Source of the DNA: Patescibacteria group bacterium
GTDB taxonomy: Bacteria; Patescibacteriota; Microgenomatia; UM-FILTER-40-11
Direction: 5' to 3'
Assembly: GCA_035530075.1 (NCBI GenBank)
Contig: DATKVM010000002.1
Span: 103,348-167,347, forward strand
DNA length: 64,000 nt
Positions 60,001 to 64,000 of the stretch are shown here, piece by piece (within the stretch, counting starts at the first letter, position 1; every line of letters starts with the position of its first letter). The notes below the pieces were generated by a model. That model had not been told where the DNA came from and searched no databases. It saw nothing but the letters and a program-made list of their open reading frames with translations. A program made the translations under genes and the position numbers.

Positions 60001-62295
60001 ATGGTCGAGAAAATGAGAAAAAACTCTTGCCAAGGCGCAATTCCTTTCATACCCCTAATAGTCATCGCAGTTGTTCTGGTTGTCATCCCAGCCACCGTCA
60101 AACTAGTCCAAGAAAGACAAAAAACTAGCCCCGAAGCTACAGGAGAAATTTGTCCTCAGGCTGGAGCTTCTTGCAGCGATACCTACCCAGAAAGCTGTAA
60201 CAATGGCACCGGAACAAGGATCTGTCATAAGAGTGGTACTTGTTCCGGAGTCGGAGGAGGAGTAAGGTGCTCTTGGGGACCAGGCTCTTATTGCGAAAAC
60301 TGTAGCAGTGGTGGACCAACTGTCCCTCCTTATGCTACGCCCACCCCTCGACCACAACCAACCGCTACCCCCATACCCACCTCTTCTCCAACTTGTAGAG
60401 GAAGCGGTTCTTATTGTGGAGCCGGAGGAAACTGTTGTCCGGGACTTGAATGTCATGGATATGCACAAGTTTGTGTTCCCATTCCCACCAGTACTCCCAA
60501 ATCACAACCAACCGCTACCCCCATACCCACCTCTTCTCCAACGTTAGATTGTCCGTATACTGGACTGTCTGTTTGCAAAATCGCTTGTGGCACGACTACA
60601 TGTGATATCCTCAATGGTTGCTATGTTTGCCCAAATCTGATTCCACCAACCACTCCCATTCCTCCAACCGCCACTCCTAAGCCAATAAACACTCCCGTTC
60701 CTCATGAATGTAGTCGGGCAGAAGATTGTGCTGGCAGTGGCAGATGCAACCTGTCTTGTTCAGGTTGGCCAAGAAAGTGCTCCTGGACGGCTTGTCCAAT
60801 CATACCTACTCTCCCTCCTCAAACTTGTTCCAACCCTGCCGCCAACCCTGGGTCTAAAACTTGCAAAGACAACGATGTCTATATTTGTAAATCCCAATAC
60901 GGAAGTGTTTTTTGGGATATTTATCAAGACTGTGGCCCAAGAGGCTGCAGTAATGGTGTTTGCAACCCGACTCTTGTCAGTACTCCCAAGCCACAACCGA
61001 CCGCCACCCTAATCCCCCAAACTTGTCGGGATTCGAGGGAATATTGTGGAGATGGAACTCCTTGTTGTCCAGGATTTTCTTGCCAAGGCCTCTACTGTCT
61101 AACCGCTTCTACTAACCCTACTCCAACCACTACCTCCTGCACTTATTCTACCCAAAACCTCTGTAGACAAGCCTGCTGGACATCCTGTTCGTATACCGAC
61201 GGCTGTTGGAATTGTCCTGAGAATATTCCTATCCAGAACCCCACTCCCACCTCCGGCACTTTCCACGGCTGCAAGAATCCTGACGCAAAGCCTGGAGAAA
61301 AAACCTGCAAAGACAACGATGTCTATACTTGTAAAAGTTTCGTTGGATTATATTTTTGGGAAATCTACGAAAACTGCCTGGGACAGGGGTGCAATAAAAA
61401 CAGTTGTAACTCACCCGCATCTTCCCCGGAAAACACCTGTTTTTCCCCCTCTAAGTGTGTCCCTAAAACAGTTGGATGTGGAATGTTAGGTAAAGAAACT
61501 GAAGACAAGAACTGCGGCAATCCTAACTATACTTGTTGCGGTAAATTGACCGAACCTCCACAACCTTCGCCCACCCCAACATTGGCCCTTGCGCCCACAG
61601 TAACTCTGGTTCCGACAAGAGTCTCCCAACCTACGATTCCTTATTTGTTTACTTCCACTCAAGAGACTGCAGACTTACTAGAGGTAACCAAACAATTCAA
61701 TGCTGCCAAAAATAGCAATATCACTATCATTCTTGTTGGTCCAAACTCAACTGCCGAGAATGATAAAAAAATTTATGAATTCTTAAACGCTCATGACTGG
61801 GTCGCTATGACTCACGAAGATCTTCCTATAACAAGGAATTACAGTTGCGCTCCTCAATGCCAATTCTGGAATGTAGAGAAGTTAACCACGGCAGGATATT
61901 ACGATAAAGGAACAATTGCTGCTGTTTTTAACCATGAGGCTGTTCATAATCGTCAAGCCACAAATGATCCGTATTTAGCGGAACATGTCAGAGAAGGACC
62001 AGACAAATTTGTCTATCAAGCACTTATCGAAGGAGAAGCAGAGGAATCTGGCTGGGAAGTAGGTGGCCAACACTATACCCTATACCGCCAGTTCCATGAG
62101 GAAGTCAGTGTTTGGGCAAAAAACAAGGGGTTGGAAGACTTGTTCCAAAATGCCGCCAATGGGCACTGGGGAGACTTTCAAAAACTAAAATCTAAATATT
62201 TCGAGACAGAGGGCCATAGTTTGACAGAGCTTGTGAAATACCGATGCGATAGTCTTGCCCAAAACCAAAGAGGCGAACACAAAAATTGTATCTAA
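60001..62295 (+). CDS. Cys-rich modular secreted/anchored protein with a C-terminal putative zincin-like (HExxH) domain
   Basis: N-terminal TM/signal helix, then multiple Cys-rich modules separated by PT-rich linkers (TPTPRPQPTATPIPTSSPT twice; KTCKDNDVY.CKS...FW.IY..C...GC module twice). The C-terminal ~230 aa carry FNHEAVHNRQ followed by EGEAEE. Confidence 0.5.
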   Translation: MVEKMRKNSCQGAIPFIPLIVIAVVLVVIPATVKLVQERQKTSPEATGEICPQAGASCSDTYPESCNNGTGTRICHKSGTCSGVGGGVRCSWGPGSYCENCSSGGPTVPPYATPTPRPQPTATPIPTSSPTCRGSGSYCGAGGNCCPGLECHGYAQVCVPIPTSTPKSQPTATPIPTSSPTLDCPYTGLSVCKIACGTTTCDILNGCYVCPNLIPPTTPIPPTATPKPINTPVPHECSRAEDCAGSGRCNLSCSGWPRKCSWTACPIIPTLPPQTCSNPAANPGSKTCKDNDVYICKSQYGSVFWDIYQDCGPRGCSNGVCNPTLVSTPKPQPTATLIPQTCRDSREYCGDGTPCCPGFSCQGLYCLTASTNPTPTTTSCTYSTQNLCRQACWTSCSYTDGCWNCPENIPIQNPTPTSGTFHGCKNPDAKPGEKTCKDNDVYTCKSFVGLYFWEIYENCLGQGCNKNSCNSPASSPENTCFSPSKCVPKTVGCGMLGKETEDKNCGNPNYTCCGKLTEPPQPSPTPTLALAPTVTLVPTRVSQPTIPYLFTSTQETADLLEVTKQFNAAKNSNITIILVGPNSTAENDKKIYEFLNAHDWVAMTHEDLPITRNYSCAPQCQFWNVEKLTTAGYYDKGTIAAVFNHEAVHNRQATNDPYLAEHVREGPDKFVYQALIEGEAEESGWEVGGQHYTLYRQFHEEVSVWAKNKGLEDLFQNAANGHWGDFQKLKSKYFETEGHSLTELVKYRCDSLAQNQRGEHKNCI

Positions 62296-62801
62296 AAACC
62301 TATAAAGAAAGGGGGTGGCAATTGAGCGGATCAACTTATCAATCTGACCAAATGGTGGTTGTATCTACAGGCGAAGCAGAAAAGATAAGAAAGAATTATC
62401 ATTTCCAAAAAAAACTTAAAATATTTTTTCTATTTCTGATTTGCTCTCTTGTGTTGTCTCTGGCATCTTTTTACATACTTAAAAAAAGTAACAAACTTAG
62501 TCTAAAAATCCCTTCGATTCAGTTTTCTAATACTGATGGCTTAAAAATAATTAACTTTAATGAAGTGGGTTATTTAGAAATGCAAGGACTGATTGGGGGC
62601 TGGAGTTTTTCTTACGGCCAAAACATCGCAAACCCCGACAGATCCGTGGATCTCACCTTCTCTGCTAAATCAGTTTGCATTGTTAACCAGGAAGAAAAAT
62701 TGTGCAATCAAGCTAAACTAGAACATGGACTTAAGATTAAGCTTCAAGGCACGATCAAAAAAGATATCGTGGAAGTTACAACAATCAAAACAATTGAATA
62801 A
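62286..62801 (+). CDS. Hypothetical membrane-anchored protein
   Basis: ORF with an internal TM helix (IFFLFLICSLVLSLASFYIL). Start uncertain. No homology. Confidence 0.3.
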   Translation: MYLKTYKERGWQLSGSTYQSDQMVVVSTGEAEKIRKNYHFQKKLKIFFLFLICSLVLSLASFYILKKSNKLSLKIPSIQFSNTDGLKIINFNEVGYLEMQGLIGGWSFSYGQNIANPDRSVDLTFSAKSVCIVNQEEKLCNQAKLEHGLKIKLQGTIKKDIVEVTTIKTIE

Positions 62802-62841
62802 TCTTGCGTTCCAGCGGCCGGGAAAGATATAATTAAGGCCG

Positions 62842-64000
62842 ATGCCTAATTTTGCCAAATACCGATTGCAGTTTTTCTTTGCTATTCTTATTTTTGTCGT
62901 CTCGGGAACTTTCCTGGCCATCAAATTAGCCCAAGGCTATCGCCTTGACTTATCAAGTAAAACTTTTAGACCAACCGGGTTGCTAGTGACCACCTCCGTC
63001 CCTACTGGTGCTCAGGTTTTTATTGATGGAGAACTAAAAACCGCCACTAATAATACCTTCTCCCTCCCGCCTGGCAAATACTTAGTGGAAATCAAAAAGA
63101 ATGGCTTTCTGCCTTGGCAAAAGGAGTTAACCATTGAAAAGGAACTAGTTGCTCAAGCCGACGCTCTTTTATTTCCCCAAGTCCCCGATTTAAAGCCTTT
63201 AACTTTCCACGAGGCTGAAAATCCTCAATTCTCTCCCGACAGCAACAAAATAGTTTACAGCGTTCCTTTGCCTCAACCGGAAGCAGGACTTTGGGTAATG
63301 GACTTAACCGACTTTTTCTTTAATATTGGCCGTGAACCGCGACAAATCAGCCAGAGCTTCCCTCAAACTAAGGATTTTGGCAAAGCAGAATGTTTTTGGT
63401 CACCAGACTCAAAGCAAATTCTAGCCAGTTTTAATCAAACTAACGAAAAATATTTGTTGGATTCTGGGCAACTTAATTCAACAATTAGCTTAACTAATGT
63501 TGCCCTCTCCTGGTCGGCCACGGCTCAAAGTTGGCAAAAAGAAACTCAAGTCCGCCAGGAAGCTAAATTAAAAAAACTCCCGGAAAAAATGCAAGAAATT
63601 CTTAATACCGAGGCCGAAAAGATTACTTTTAGCCCTGATGGAACCAAAGTTCTCTATCTCGCCTCTGGTTCAGCCGAAATTCCTGAAAAGCTTATTCCTC
63701 CAGTTTTGGCCGCCTCTACCCAACCAGAATCACGCCAGTTGCAGACGAGAAAGGTTTATGTTTACGACTTAAAAGAAGATAAGAATTTCTTGATTCCCTT
63801 TACTCCCGCCATTCCTTCTCCCACCCCGAAACCCTTAAGGTCAGCGAAAACGCCTTCACCCACACCCACTCCCTTTTTACCGGATAATGATAGTCAATTC
63901 ACTTTCCCTCGCTGGTTTCCCACTAGCCGCCATCTTTACTGGATTGAAGGCGATAAGGTCGTGGCCTGTGAATATGATGGGGTTAATCTGACCCCAATTT
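62842..64000 (+). CDS. PEGA-domain protein with TolB-like beta-propeller repeats (3' end beyond the window)
   Basis: N-terminal TM helix, PEGA-like segment (GAQVFIDGELKTATNNTFSLPPGKYLVEIKKNGFLPWQKEL), then repeated SPDSNKIVYS / SPDSKQILAS / SPDGTKVLYLA blades. The ORF is open at the window end. Confidence 0.5.
   Translation, partial: MPNFAKYRLQFFFAILIFVVSGTFLAIKLAQGYRLDLSSKTFRPTGLLVTTSVPTGAQVFIDGELKTATNNTFSLPPGKYLVEIKKNGFLPWQKELTIEKELVAQADALLFPQVPDLKPLTFHEAENPQFSPDSNKIVYSVPLPQPEAGLWVMDLTDFFFNIGREPRQISQSFPQTKDFGKAECFWSPDSKQILASFNQTNEKYLLDSGQLNSTISLTNVALSWSATAQSWQKETQVRQEAKLKKLPEKMQEILNTEAEKITFSPDGTKVLYLASGSAEIPEKLIPPVLAASTQPESRQLQTRKVYVYDLKEDKNFLIPFTPAIPSPTPKPLRSAKTPSPTPTPFLPDNDSQFTFPRWFPTSRHLYWIEGDKVVACEYDGVNLTPI

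Overview
This 64 kb window is a bacterial chromosomal segment of about 48% GC, on both strands, dominated by conserved housekeeping genes. The gene content points to a small-genome, sortase-bearing, Gram-positive-like lineage and is consistent with a CPR/Patescibacteria-type bacterium, though not proven. Short EF-Ts (160 aa), many short ribosomal proteins, sortase with an LPXTG substrate, the mreBCD-pbp2 operon and many hypothetical proteins support this.

Core blocks recognised:
- dnaX-ybaB-[inserted gene]-recR.
- ybeY-like, gatB/yqeY and rpsU.
- A DHH phosphoesterase and rseP.
- frr-tsf-rpsB.
- A complete thymidylate module: dcd, long thyX, tmk, glyA and folD.
- topA-dprA.
- pbp2-mreD-mreC-mreB, plus a second mreB.
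- def-fmt, rpmB and an M50 protease.
- A tRNA cluster (Thr-TGT, Tyr-GTA, Thr-GGT), then rpmG, secE-nusG-rplK-rplA-rplJ-rplL and a clean intrinsic terminator.

Accessory or unusual content:
1. Two paralogous two-gene modules: a bitopic coiled-coil protein with a conserved Trp-rich C-terminal domain plus a 100-aa acidic protein, with a third solo paralog.
2. A GC-rich (~60%) island with three paralogous Pro-rich/Trp-rich membrane proteins, a sortase and a DUF11-LPPTG substrate. It abuts a VirD4/TraD-like coupling ATPase that has a novel N-terminal domain.
3. Envelope glycan genes: GT-C-like giant membrane protein, GT2, WecG/TagA, O-antigen-ligase-like protein with TPR, CE4 deacetylase and GalU.
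4. Several families of short 9-15 bp tandem repeats inserted in frame into essential genes (DnaX, DprA, TatD, Fmt, TopA, RecR), always in the same chromosomal orientation.
5. Twin ~70-nt structured RNA-like elements with their own sigma70-like promoter upstream of the tRNA cluster, and tRNA-gene fragments suggesting past recombination.
6. A ybaB 3'-end duplication flanking a gene inserted between ybaB and recR.
7. A Cys-rich modular secreted protein with a C-terminal HExxH domain.

No rRNA, CRISPR array or recognisable transposase was found.
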